Assembly (NCBI RefSeq): GCF_036321535.1
Contig: NC_087438.1
Location: forward strand, 11,038,001-11,102,000
DNA from: Camelus dromedarius
Taxonomy: Eukaryota
DNA length: 64,000 bases
Reading direction: 5' to 3'
This document shows, one piece after another, positions 50,048 through 63,019 of the stretch (position 1 is its first letter; every line of letters starts with the position of its first letter). The notes below the pieces were generated by a model. The model had not been told where the DNA came from, searched no databases, and saw nothing but the letters and a program-made list of their open reading frames with translations. A program made the translations under genes and the position numbers.

Positions 50048-50193
50048 GACTAAATAGTTGCCAACTCACAGCAAATTCAAATTTTGCTTTTTGGAACTTT
50101 CCAAAAATTTTTTTGTTTATTTGAATATTTTCAATCCAAGATTGGTTGAATCCATAGATGTGGAATCCACAGATATGGATGATCAACTGACTG
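50048..50193 (+). mobile_element. Tigger-derived MITE, MER2B-like, 3' half
   Basis: taaatagttgcc...gcaaattcaaattttgctttttggaacttt...attggttgaatccatagatgtggaatccacagatatgga. Confidence 0.8.
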
Positions 50194-50197
50194 TGTA

Positions 50198-51470
50198 CAG
50201 ATATCCCTGTTCTGGACATTTCATGTGAATGAAGTCATGTATATGTGGTCTTTTGTGACTGGCATCTTTCACTTGGCATAATGTGTTCAAGGTCTTTCCA
50301 TGTTGTAGCATGTGTCAGTACTTCATTCTTTATTGTGGCCCAATAATATTCCAGTGTGTGGGTGTAACATATTTTATCCATTTATCAGTTGATGAGATTT
50401 AGATTGTCTCCATCTTTTGGCTGCTATGAATAATGCTGCTATAAGTATTTGTGTCCAAGTTTTCGTGTAGGTGTATATCATCATTTCTCTTGGATATATA
50501 CACAGAAGGGGAATTGCTGGGTCATCTATATTTAATCTTTTGAGCAACTGCCAGACATTTTCCTAAGGTGATGGCACCATTTTATGTTCCCACCAACAGT
50601 GTATGAGTGTTCTGATTTCTCCATGTCATTGCTAATAACTTGCTATTGTCTGCCTTTTTTATTCTTGCCACTCTAGAAGATGTGAAGTTGTATTTCATCG
50701 TGATTTTGATTTGCATTTTCTTGATGACTAATGGCATCAAGCATGTTATGTGGTTATTAGTCATTTGTTTATTTTCCTTGGAGAAATGTCTATTCAGACC
50801 TTTTGCCTATTTTTTATAATTTGGATTTTTTTTCATTATTAAGTTGTAAGAGTTCTTTACATATTCTGGATACAAATCTCTTATCAGAGATATGATTTAC
50901 AAATAGTTTCTTTCATTCTGTGGATTATTGTTTCACTTTCTGATGATGTCTTTGGAAACACAAAAGTTTTATAATTTTTGTGAAGTCAAATTTATCTCTT
51001 TTTTTCTTTTGTTGCTTGTGCTTTTGGCATCATATCCAAGAATCCTCCAAGAATCCAAGAATGGTCAAATGCAACATCATGAAGATTTATCCCTGTTACT
51101 CCTAAGAGATTTATAGTTTTATTTCTTGCATGTAAATCTTTAATACATTTTGAGTAAATTTTTGATTATGGTGTGAGGTAAGGGTCCAACTTTACTCTTC
51201 TGTGTGTGACTATTCAGTTGATCTAGTGCCATTTGTTGAAAAGACTACTCTTTCCCAATTGGATGGTCTTGGCATCCTTGCTGAAAATCAGTTGACTGTA
51301 GATAGGTGGGCTCATTTCTGAAGTCTCAGTTCTATTCCATTAATCTACAGAATAGATTATGTCTATCTTTGTGCAAGTACCATACCATCTTCACTGCTAT
51401 TGCTTTATTATAAGCTTCGAAATTGGAAAGTGTGAGTCCACCTCCTTTGCTCTTCTTTTTTTAAGATTGT
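50198..51470 (-). mobile_element. L1MB-like 3' portion (ORF2 end + 3'UTR)
   Basis: tctggacatttcat...gtggtcttttgtgactggc...ggctgctatgaataatgctgctat...ttggagaaatgtctattcag...gccatttgttgaaaagacta. Confidence 0.9.
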
Positions 51471-51634
51471 TTTATGTATCTCCTTTTGAAAAAATGGTTG
51501 GTCTTTGCTTAAAACCAAAGCACTGGAAGGAAGTAGATTTATGTAACTCTGTGATGAGAATTTCTGTGTGATACAAGCTCCTACATGCAGATGTGTCAAG
51601 GCAAGTTCACGCATGCGTGCGTGCGTGCGTGTGA

Positions 51635-51774
51635 TAACATAATCATCAAGTGACCTCTCACCACTTTTGCTGTATACTATTGATCAGAAGCAAGTAACAG
51701 GTCCCTCCCACACTCCAGGGGATCAGGTTACTCCGAGCATGAACAGAGAACTGTTCTGGGGTCTGTCTGCCACA
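51635..51774 (-). mobile_element. MaLR LTR (MLT1E/F-like) 5' fragment, preceded by (TGCG)n
   Basis: caccacttttgctgtatactattgatcagaagcaagtaacagg...gggtctgtctgccaca. Confidence 0.6.
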
Positions 51775-53489
51775 GCATCAGTGCATTTTTTTTTTTGCAT
51801 CTATCTAAATGTAAACAGCAACAACTTGCCCTTTGCCAAATTATCTCTAAATTTAAAAGTTTGATGATTTCAGTAGATATCTGGTAACACTTATTAAAAT
51901 CAGGTGGGCAGTAAGTGTAGCCCAAACATTTCATTCTGACAAAGCACTTGCAAGCACAAACATAAATATGTGTGCACAGAGACATGTGCACAAACACAAG
52001 CCAAATTCCATCACCAGTACTATGAATCATCATGGCCCAAATAGTTTAGCAAACAGAGCTCTTCTTTATGCTGAAGAAGTGTATTGAAGGGCAAAAGTCA
52101 TCTGGATAATTTATTCCAACATTTTCCCAAATCCTCCACCAGTTGTCCCACTTTTCCAATTATAATTCTTTTTGCCAAAATGTTTAACTATCTGGGTCAA
52201 CTGCACATTTCACCTTGTCTTATAAAACTAACCTTTATTTGCCATTGTTGATGTCACACTTGAATCCCATATGTGGGCTGCCCAAGCATGCGGTGCAGAA
52301 TTTTTAACCTTCCATTAAAAATGTAACAGAAAATAGTTTTCGTGGCAAGTATTGCAGCTCTAAATGTTTTGCACCCTCTTTTCTGTCAGTTGGAGTGTTT
52401 TACACTTCTTCTCTTTACTAAAATAGCAGAAACATCTGCATCTCCGCCCTCAATCACTACAACACTTTATGAGTCCCAGATTTACAAATAGTATCAGTTA
52501 CATGCAGTAAACCTTGTTCTTGGTCTTATTAATTACTTTCCACCAACTTATCCCTCAGGCATTTTGGTAACAAAAGCATGCTGACAATCAACAGTAATGG
52601 TTTTAAGTTAATTATTTGACAAGTAGGTCCCTTTGCAAAAAGTTTCTTGTTAATTATTTAAAGAATCAGTGCCATGGGGAGGCTTTGCTTGTTTGGCTGT
52701 AAGTCGTAGTCATTCGTCTGTAGCTGTTTTTTCTCTTCTCTCTCTACTTCTCTACAGAATTTTTAGAAGTCTAAGACATAGGCATTCTAAGATGCATTAA
52801 GTTGTTTTAATCTTTTATGTGGCAAATTCACCCCAAGTCTTAAACCAGACTCTGAGCCTAAAGACTCATTTCTCTGAAATTAGGTGAAAAAGGTAAACAT
52901 AAACAATAAGCATATCACATGAAATCTATCTTCACGGATCTCTTAGATTGTATTCTCCTTGTATCTCAGTTTCTGGAAAAGATGATTGATGAATTACTAA
53001 ATGGATATGATCTGAAGTTCACATGGGAAAGAGGTAAATTGGGAAACCTTTTATTCAGAGGTTGTGGGTAAGTGATGTGTGAAATTGTTGACAAATTGCC
53101 TTCATTAAGCTTTTGAAGTGGACATTTTTTTCCCATAAATTTGGCTTCTTTTCAAATATGACTGTGCAGAGTTTTAAGACATTCACTGTCAAGTTACAAT
53201 CTGTAATAATGTTTGTCCTTGAAAACCATTTTTCTTGAGAGATGCAGCAGAAAGTTTAAAGTAGGGACCTCTTTGGCAGTCCTTACACAGATAATACTAA
53301 ATTTCTGAGCAAAACATGGATTTAAATGCTCTTCTATTATCCCCCAGATGAACAAAAGGAATAGGGAGGAAATAGGAAGAACTTTTTTGATCAACTATTG
53401 ACCTCTCAATAACAAAGCCTTTTGACTAGGGCTTCTCATTGACCCTTGAAATTATATTAATTCTATTACAGCTGTCTCTTCTCAGTTCA

Positions 53490-53760
53490 GTGCCATGTAG
53501 TGTAGTGGACAAGACTGTGGTCTTGTAGACTGACTTTTGGTGGTTGACATCTCAGTTCTGCTACTTTCTAGGGGTGGGACTCCAAGCAACCGGCTAATTT
53601 CTCCGTGCTTCAATAGTCTTATCTGTAATGGAAAAATAATATCTCCTTGATAAGATTGTGCTAAAAATGAAAATTTAATGTGAGACTATATATAAATTAC
53701 CTTAGCCTTTACCTGAAACACAATAGACTATCAAGAAATGATAACATGTATCATTAATAT
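53490..53760 (+). mobile_element. MIR
   Basis: gtagtgtagtggacaaga...tctcagttctgctacttt...tcttatctgtaatggaaaaataata. Confidence 0.6.
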
Positions 53761-54074
53761 TTGGAGAATCAGCACAAACCTTAGTCTAAACTTTGAAGAC
53801 CAAACATTTATTCAGGTTTCTGTAGACATCTATGTTTATCTGTAAGTCCATTATTTGAGGAATGCAATTTTGGCTTCTATTTTAGGGATCATTTTTGCTG
53901 AGGACAGCTAATTCTTATGAGTTTTCTTTTTAATTCAATGATTCTTGCTTCTTAAAAGGCTTGCCTGCAAATCATCTCCTTTCTTCCTCACAAAACTCTG
54001 CAGTGTGTAAACAGCTAAGCAGGTAATCAGTGCTCTGAGATTGTCATTGGACAAATGAATGCATAATGGACCCT

Positions 54075-54180
54075 TGTTTTTCCAGATGAGGAAATCAAAT
54101 CACTGAGAGGCAAAGTAACTTGGCCAACGATATATCCAGCCGAAGTCAGAGCAAAGACTAAGACCCAGAAATCCTGCAGC
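54075..54180 (-). mobile_element. MIR fragment
   Basis: ttttccagatgaggaaat...ctgagaggcaaagtaacttggccaa...agacccag. Confidence 0.6.
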
Positions 54181-55177
54181 CCTGTCTCCAGCTGTCTGAA
54201 AGTCTTTATATGTCAATAAATACAAACTGGTGTAGGTCCTACACCAAGCAGGTTTATCTGACAGAACTTGTCCTTCCTGATAGTTTACAACCTGAACATA
54301 GAACTTTGACTCAGATTTTTAAGGAATCTGGTATCGTTTTCCAAAATTGGCTGCGTTTTCCAGTCATCAGTTTTGCCAGTGACTATCCTGTAATCTGAGA
54401 CGTAGGGCTGGATGTAGACTGAATCAGCAAGTGAAATATCAATTTGATTTTAATCCACTATAAAGAAGAGTTGTTTGGTAAATTCCTGTCCATTTCTCAT
54501 CTTTTGGATCTGTGCTGAGTTCACATCTCCTTTTGTGCAGTATTCAGCATGGATCTTATCTTGGGGCTTAGGTTTCAATATTGAATTCAGAATTTGAACT
54601 CTACTGTTTGGTTTTGGATGTGTTCTTCAGCGATAAAACTTGCTGTATCTCAGCAGGAGGAGCAGCAGTGGTGGTTGGGAGGTTAGTAACATCCAAGTTC
54701 AGGAAAGTCACTATTTGGCCAATATGGCTATGGTGACCCCATCAATTCTTCTAAATTCAGACATTTGAGTGTCAAAGTGGGCTATAAAGTCCACACTACA
54801 TGTCCCCTTGGCTTGAGAGTCAAGGTCAAGAGAACATTTCTAAAATACAAACTCACTCATAGGGGATGTATTTCTCTTTTGGGCTACCTACCACTTGGAG
54901 GGTTTCAGAGTATTGGTTTGGAAGAAAGAAGGAATTGTACTGATTCATGAGGGGCCACCAATCTCCAGGCAGTCTAGATGAGAAACAGATCTATTCTAGT
55001 GACAGCTAGAGTTGGAGGCAGGGTATCTCAAAATGCCTAATTCTTAATCCATATTCTAGGGAAGCTGAAAAGTATAAAGCCATTTCTATGGACTTACATG
55101 TCCCCTACTGTCTCATGATGCTTTGGGGAGACTTGTGGTTGAAGTGACTCACAAGGTAACAGTCAGAGTGGAAGAAA

Positions 55178-55335
55178 TGGAATATAATATAATATATAAA
55201 TATAATATAAATGTATTATAATATAAATGAATATAAATATAAATTCATATATTTTTGTATTTGTACATTTATATATATTATATACATATTTATATGTATA
55301 AATTTATACATCCAAGTAATATATAAATAATAATA
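55178..55335. repeat. AT-rich low-complexity (ATATA-like) tract
   Basis: aatataatataatatataaatataatataaatg...tatatattatatacatatttatatg. Confidence 0.85.
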
Positions 55336-58300
55336 CCAGGACTGACTTCTCAAAATTGCAAAAAGTATTGACAAGTACGCTATACTCTGCATCATGTGTT
55401 GGGTGTTACTGTCCCAGACGTGCTGGTAACTGCTTTGCTCACCTGGGAGAGGTCACTGTGTGGCTCTGGACCTCAGTTCCTTAGTGTTTACATCCTGTGA
55501 TCATTGCTACCCTCCTCTTCTTCCACAAATCAGCCTGTAAGTGAAGGAAAAGAGTAATAGTTATTTTTGGAATTTATTTCAATATTAAAGGAATGACTAG
55601 TGTCATTAAAACATATGATATAAACACAATTAATACAGACTGGAAAGTTGTGCTTTCTTTTGGTGCTCAACTCAGACAAGATAAGCATCTGATGAGCTTT
55701 TCTCATTGGTTGAATAATTTATATGATAGGAGAAACTTGTATAAAATTTTAAAATATATTTTAAATAGATTCTATAGAACCAGAACTTTTCTCTTCTATT
55801 TAGAATTTGATTTAAAATATTTAAAATGTCTAAAATCAGTTTCAGTCCTACACAACTCTAATGCAGATCAAGTGTTTTAAAATATTTATGATAAAGAAAA
55901 TTATTCCATCTACGCTGGGAATTCTTACTGGAATATCACACCAATTTGAACTGAAGCCACTGTGAGATTAATTTCTTCTCTGCTGCTGGAATATAAATGT
56001 GTTCTGACAGCTGCTTTCTGTAACTGAAGTGTACTTATTTGCATGCAGCATCTTCCACTCAATGAAATCATATATATCAGAGGAACTTTGAATGGTTTAA
56101 GCAACAAACAAAGATTGATTATCATCGCAAATGCCAACTAGGGATTTACTATAAATAACAAAGTATTGGCCAGTGCCTGTTTTGAAATCAACACTGGTAA
56201 TTTAGAGCTTTCAGAGAGACAATCATGAATTTCAGAAGAACTTGCTGATGTTAGAGAAAAAAAATAAAAAGAGAATTATGCAAAGGGAAAAGATGGCTTT
56301 GATCAAACACATGTTTTTCAGACTTATTAGTGATTAACACATCAGACACTCTCTTTTGGATTGTATTCCCCTTTCACCATGGCTAAGAGCTGAAAAGATG
56401 AACATTATTATAGTACTAACATGTCATGAAGGATGTGTAATAATTTAGGCGTTTATGTAATATAATTGGAGTCTGAATAGGTACAGTTAGAGGCTATAAT
56501 TTAGGCATTGATGATGATAAAAGAGAAAGATTTCCAAGTAAGAAGCAGAATTTGTTATCTTTCTTCAGGGATAGTCCCATCTAATTGAGAGGCTATAGAC
56601 TCAAACAAAAAGTTTGGAGGTCAGTATAGCTTTAATATAAGTAAAAGGACTAACTGCCCATTAAAAGCAAATAAAGATGAACAAACACTATTAAAACTGA
56701 GATTAACTGAGAATAAAAATTATTTATAAACAAAATGATGCTAGATCAAATTCTCACTCTGGTTCTTAGAAATCATATTTTCTTATTTTCCTCTCTTAAG
56801 AATTTTACTGTTAGCTGAATGTGTCCTTGCCTGGAGAGCCTTCTATTCTAGGTAGGTCAGTCACCGCTAGAAGGCATTTAAGGCAGCATTGGAGAGAGAA
56901 GAGTCATGACATCGAGGGTCTGGATGTCAGTATCCCTCTGATAATAATGATCTTTGAGCCCTAAGGAACGTTCTGGAAAGAAAGGAAGAAGCATAAAAGA
57001 AGGGAAAGAACTGAAGGGGAGTCTTTCCCTATGTGTATTCAAGTTGCAAAAAGAATTACCCTTAATTAATTGTGAAAGTTTATATTCCCTAAAAACTACC
57101 AAGCCTCAGATAAAGGGTGACAATTACCCATTTGTGAATATTTATAGTGCATTTCCCTGTAGCAAAATGAGGACAGAATAATTTTCTCAACAACCAGAGA
57201 AAACGCCGTGAGTGGTAAAGTGAAGTAAGAATTCGACAAAGGAGAAAGAGAACAATATTAGCAGATTTTGTTGTTTGAAGTCTAGAATACTCTAGAATCC
57301 CACTGAACTGAACATTCCAGGGACTGTCATTGTCCATGGTCAGTATCTACCATACAAATGGTATTTTTGAGTCATTCTTGGGAGAAAAAAAAAAAAAGAA
57401 GGAAGTTGTTTTGAAGTATTCTATCATTTAGTTCTTGCATTTCTGTAAGTAGGAACATGGTGGTAAGCACAAAATTACAGGCTATATTATTCAGAGGTTT
57501 TCCTTTTTAATAGAAAATCAGACATCCTTGGGCTTTCTGCTGAGAGACTGGAAAGAGAAAAGTTATATCTAATGATCATTAATAGATATTTTCTTCTCTT
57601 CCCCCTTTCCTTTTCCTTCTTTTCAATTCCTAAGACCTCATTTTAGGAGGCTCAAAAGCACATAGTGTGCAGCTTGTCCAATCAAGCACAACAGCATTGA
57701 GACTCTGTTCTAAAAGGGCTGCTGCCACCTGCCATGTCTGCTCTGGGTACCAGAACCTTGTTTGTGGTTCCCCTGAATCCCCTAAGTGCAATTACAGTGG
57801 CAGAGGGATCAGGGGTTTTTAAACTCCAGACTCCATAAAGGCAAAGAAAAGCATTGAAAATGCCCAGACACCTACAATAGAATAAGAAACATGTATGTTT
57901 TACTAAATAGTTACTGTAAATAAAATATGAAGCATACTCATATAAACTTATCCAACTATGAATGCCATGCAGTGTTCTGTTAACCAACACGTGAAGCTGT
58001 AAGAGCCTGGGGATTTACTCCAGCCATGTCATCACCACCCTATGAAGCTATCCTTGTTGTTAACAGTCTTACTTCTCTCAACTCGTATCTGTTCTATCCA
58101 TTGGTTTTTAGTAAGGAGTATCTTGATCTTTTTCCAACCATATGGACCACTTTGGAAAAGCTATTTTCAATGGCTGCATTGTGTCTATCACACAGAAGGG
58201 CTAGACTGTGATTTCCTTACTACTACTCTCCTTTATCCCTTTGACAATTAATGGTAGATTCTCTTCTATGTACCAAGCATGATGGCACTTGGTTCTTGGC

Positions 58301-58733
58301 CTCAAGGAGTTCAAAATTGACTGGGAGACAGACAAACAAAAACAGTTTAAGGAGAGGGGACACAGACTGAGAGGAAGAGGAGGATACAATGGTGACATTC
58401 TGGACTCAGTGATCCATCTTCTTTTCTCATGACTCAACAAAATAGATTAAATGGAGAGAATCCTCTAGTTTTATCAACTATTGGGGAGATAATAGAACCA
58501 AACTGATATTGTCCTTTTGGGTGGTAAAATCACACCGCAGAGCCAAGGCTTATTCCAACTATACCCTGTTTCTCAAGCATTCTGATTTTCAGATTTTGAT
58601 CATTCTGGAAGGGAATTTCACCTTTTGTGTAAATTGTAATCGTTTTGAGGCTTAGCTCCCTACTTATAATATAATTTTTTAAAATAAAAACACACAAATG
58701 TAAATATCTTTCAAGCCAAAGATAATTTTATTT

Positions 58734-59103
58734 ATTTTTTTAATTTTTATTTTTTATTGAGGTATAGTTGATTTACAATGTTTTGGGTATACAGCAAAGT
58801 GATCCAGTTATACACACACATATATATATGTATGTATGTATTATTCTTTTTCAGATTCTTTTCCATTATAGGTTATTACAAGAGATTGAATATAGTTCCC
58901 TGTAGGTCCTTGTTGTTTATCTATTTTATGTACAGTAGTGTGTATCTGTTAATCCCAATTCCAGATTTATCCCTCCCCGCCTTTCCCCTTTGGTAACCAT
59001 AAGTTTATTTTCTATGTCTGTGAGTTTATTTCTATTTTGTAAATAAGCTCATTTGTGTCATTATTTTAGATTCCACATATAAGTGATAACATATGATATT
59101 TGT
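58734..59103 (-). mobile_element. 5'-truncated cetartiodactyl-type L1 3'UTR with perfect 17-bp TSD
   Basis: TSD caaagataattttattt at 58717-58733 and 59104-59120; T-rich tail then attgaggtatagttgatttacaatg...ttttagattccacatataagtgata. Confidence 0.93.
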
Positions 59104-61254
59104 CAAAGATAATTTTATTTTGGAGACTATGATTAACTTTAAAATTTATTATTAGTATTTAATTTCTTGTTCAGAATAAAACTTACACTACAGAATGAAA
59201 GCAGACCTGTTTCCTCATGACTGATTAATAAATACCTGTATTTATTTAGATATTACTTTTTTCCTTCAAAATGCATTAGTCAGTATAGAGATTTTCAAAA
59301 TTGTTTATAGCTAAGGGTCCTTTAAATTCCTCCTAACAGTAACGTCTTGTGAATTAATTAGTAGAACAGCTGTGTGAGCTGATCCAAATTCTTCTCAAGA
59401 GCTGCAAGATGTAAATACTCTGGGGGAAAGTATTAGGGAAACAAAAAGAATTAAGAGGAGAGAAGTGCTACTGGTCTTTTCTGATCAAGAAACCAAACAT
59501 TCTGGATTTTTAGCCTGACTGATAGGAAACAAGCCAGGGGTCCAAGAACAACCAGAGTCCCAAGAACTTTGGTTTCAAAACTTGCGAAGACTTAATAGCT
59601 TTTTAACTTTTGTGGGAAAAATGACAATGTGTCTGACAGAAATCCTGCTGCTGACCTTCAAATGGGAAAAGGTGACCGGTAGCTCCATAAACATTTTCCA
59701 TGATGGCTTAAGTACATTAAAACTGTTTCCCATTTCCCATCCCCGGCAGTAGGGGCTGGGCTCAGCCTTAGGTTGGTTATAATTTGCTAGTGGATGCCGA
59801 GTTTCCATCTTGGGGGGTGTTCTTCCCTGAATTTCTGATTAACTGAATGAGTGAGATCTTTGGTGCCCTGCCTTGTTGGTGACATTTGAGAGATGTCTGT
59901 TTCACTGTTTCACTTAGTTGCTGCTTAGTTGGAACAAATGAAAGTTAAGGGCAGTGCTGAGGCGGGGGATGAGGATGGCACTTGGAGAATGAATGCACAT
60001 GACAGCACTGAGAAACCCTGCAGAGCAGAATCCTCTTTAACCCCATGTTTACCCAAGAATATTTCACCACAGAGACCCCTTCTCTTCACTCAGACACCCA
60101 GTAACATCCCATGGGATTCACCTAGGGAAGAGCTTGAATGCCATTTGTTGAGATAAGAAAGTAAATTCTCGTGACTGATCAAGTGGTCACTTTAAAGTTA
60201 TTGCCAGAACCTGAGTCAGTGGGTTCAGAAAGGAAGTATTTTTCATTCTAGAAGCCAGCAGCCAAGTACGTCCTGAGATGTCAAGAAAGTCATTTTAGAG
60301 AGAACACAGGACGACTTGGGGCCAGTGAGGGGAAAAGCCCAAGCAAGGCAGATCCTCTTTGTTCAGCAGGGGAATCAATAGTCATGTTGGGATCAGAAAC
60401 CATTTTTAATATATTTTATCCTTTGATAATGAGAAATTATTTAGAAAGTTTCAGGCTAACTGTGTATCAAGCAGAGACAGAGCTGGGAGTGTTTGCTAAG
60501 CTGTTTGTCCAAGAAACCTTTATTCACGGAACACATTACTGGGTGGTGGCCTGGCGAACACCCTTTAGAAAATGTGATTCTGTTCATTCTATTATCTTTC
60601 TTCTCCTCCAACCAAGCAGGATTCATATTCCCTCTAGTGTGCCCTGGATCCCCTGCTCTGGTCTAACTACCTTCAAGTTGTTCTTTAGCCAATTCTCATG
60701 GAGCCACAGGTTGGCTCTAATTCTAATCCTTCTGGAGGGACAGGTTTCATTTCTCATCTTTGATTGAAAGCCAGCACAAAAGTACAGCATGTGTTGGTGG
60801 CCAAGTCACCATCTTGACTTTCACCCCTAAGTCTGTCTCCTGCCCTCTTGAATTGTAGTTGTGTCTCTTGCTCACGAGAACAACAAAGTTGTTCTACCAT
60901 GATTGCTTGCTTCCGTTCCTCTTCACCACTTCCATATTTTCTCCCTTTTTATGCTGATAGCTTCTTTGCTGGTTCCAAAGATGACTTTACTCCCTAAGAA
61001 TAATAGAAATGACCCCAAGTTTATTCTTTGTTGGCCTGTGGTCACTTGTCAGGTGAAAATCAAAGCCAGTATGAGATTAGGTCTTCCCAGGAGTAGGCTA
61101 TGATGTTGATATTGTACATTGTGTCCACCAGCCTCTATGGTATCCAGGGAAACAAATACTCATATCTTAGGAGGACAGAACTAATGTAGTCTTTCTTCTT
61201 CCTCCCAAAGTCAATTGCTTTAGTGTACCTAGTATAACTAAGATGGCTGTTTTC

Positions 61255-61620
61255 TCTTTCATCAGTTTTCTTTCTTTTCCTATTCATTAAGCAACAAACT
61301 CTAATATATTTACTCAGTTTGCACCAATTTATTCATTTATCATATGCTGATATAATGCACCAAATGTTAAAAGACCCATGGCCTTTGACCTTAAGAATCT
61401 CAGAGTCCTGAAGAAATAGATGTAAACAATCAACAAAAATGATGAGTAGTAATATATAGAAAACAGAGTGGGAATAGAGAAATAAGTGACTGGGTAGGAG
61501 CTGCTTGGAAGGAAGTTACTGACACCCTCACCATGAGGAAATTATCAGAACTGTTCCTTGAAAGATAAATAGAAATTCTTCAAGTAAAGAAAGGAATGTG
61601 GGTTTGTACGTATTTATGGG
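61255..61620 (-). mobile_element. L2 fragment
   Basis: attcattaagcaacaaa...gaccttaagaatctcagagtc...agatgtaaacaatcaa. Confidence 0.45.
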
Positions 61621-63019
61621 GGTAGAAATGAGGCCAGGGGGAAAGAGAAAGAGAGAGAAATTGTTCTTTGGTTGTGATCCATACAGCTTCTAATCTAAAC
61701 AGTATTCATAGAGAAAAATGGACCCCATTGAAGCAAATCTTCCCTCATATCCTAATTCGTCTCTAACCCCAAATCGCTCTGAGGTGCCTTATCCTTGTTC
61801 TTTATATTATGAGCTCGTGAGAAAAGATAGGAGAAAAATAACGAAAAATCCCTTTACATAATAGAAAATAGTGTTTTGATAAAACCAGAAGCTTCCATAT
61901 CCCAAAGAAAATGCATAGAGTATCTGTTTTTAACAAGCTGGTTAGTTCATCAGAATTACTCTGTTGTTATTTTATAGTTTAGCTAAATTGAACAGCCCAA
62001 TGCTACACTGGAGCCAGGCTAAACTGAAACACTTAGTGGAGCACTAACGTTTTGTTTGGAGAATGCAAATGTTTAGTGTGTCGTGTATTAGAGATAGCAA
62101 CAAATGTTGGTGGGATGGGTGGGAACTGGACTGATGTGAAAACGGAAATGTGTTTGTAGTTTAAAAACAGTGGCTTTACTCAGTTTTCATGACTTGTGAA
62201 TACTGAAAGGTATTAAGAGACATTCAATCTAACTTGCCTTGTATACATTATCAGAAATTCTTAACTGGAGAGTTCATGTAGGCAAACTGCCAAAGCTTAG
62301 GAGTGTCTGCAGAAAGGCCAAATACAATTATAATTAAACTAGGGGGTTCAGTAAGTGGCTTTGTGAATTATCACATATATGCTTAATAACTGATTCAGTA
62401 ATTGACGCAGACAATCCCAGGGTGCACAAGTCACTGGGCAGGACAATTAAGCCAAATGCCTGGGAATAAATATGTGGAGGACTAGAAGATGAAGGCAGTG
62501 ATTTCCAGCTCTTTGGAACCCCAAACAATTTATAGTGTAAGGGGATCCTGAGAAATTTCTTACCCCTTTTAAACTTATAGATGTGATATAGACCCATGAG
62601 GCATTCTCCTCCTGGGGTTTGCAAGTCTGTGGGAAGATGTGATAGGTCAGCTCATTAGAAAAGCACCCTACAATTTGGTTGTCTGTCCCAGAGAATGCAG
62701 ATCTTCCTCCCCCCAAGTAAAACTACAGTGATCCCAGAGTAAAAAGCAAAGCAGTAACTTTGGCAGCAGAACTTCAAGACAAAATCAGGAAAATAGTTAG
62801 ATAGAATTAGGCAGTCCTCCTCCCCAACCACAGAGGCTAACAATAATCACTGGTAAAAGCTGGAAAAGTTAGAAAATGCACAAAGGAAGCGAGTGGCTCC
62901 AGATAAGAGAAGGACAAAGTCATAGAAGATGCAGTGTCGGGGGGAGTCAGCAGGACCCTGGGTCTGGGGGACTAAGCAAGGCAGCCTCTGAGAGTTTGGT
63001 GAGCAAAAATTAAGAATCG

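Noticed and set aside
55748..55765. Perfect AT-only palindrome tttaaaatatattttaaa
   Set aside because: Expected by chance in very AT-rich sequence.
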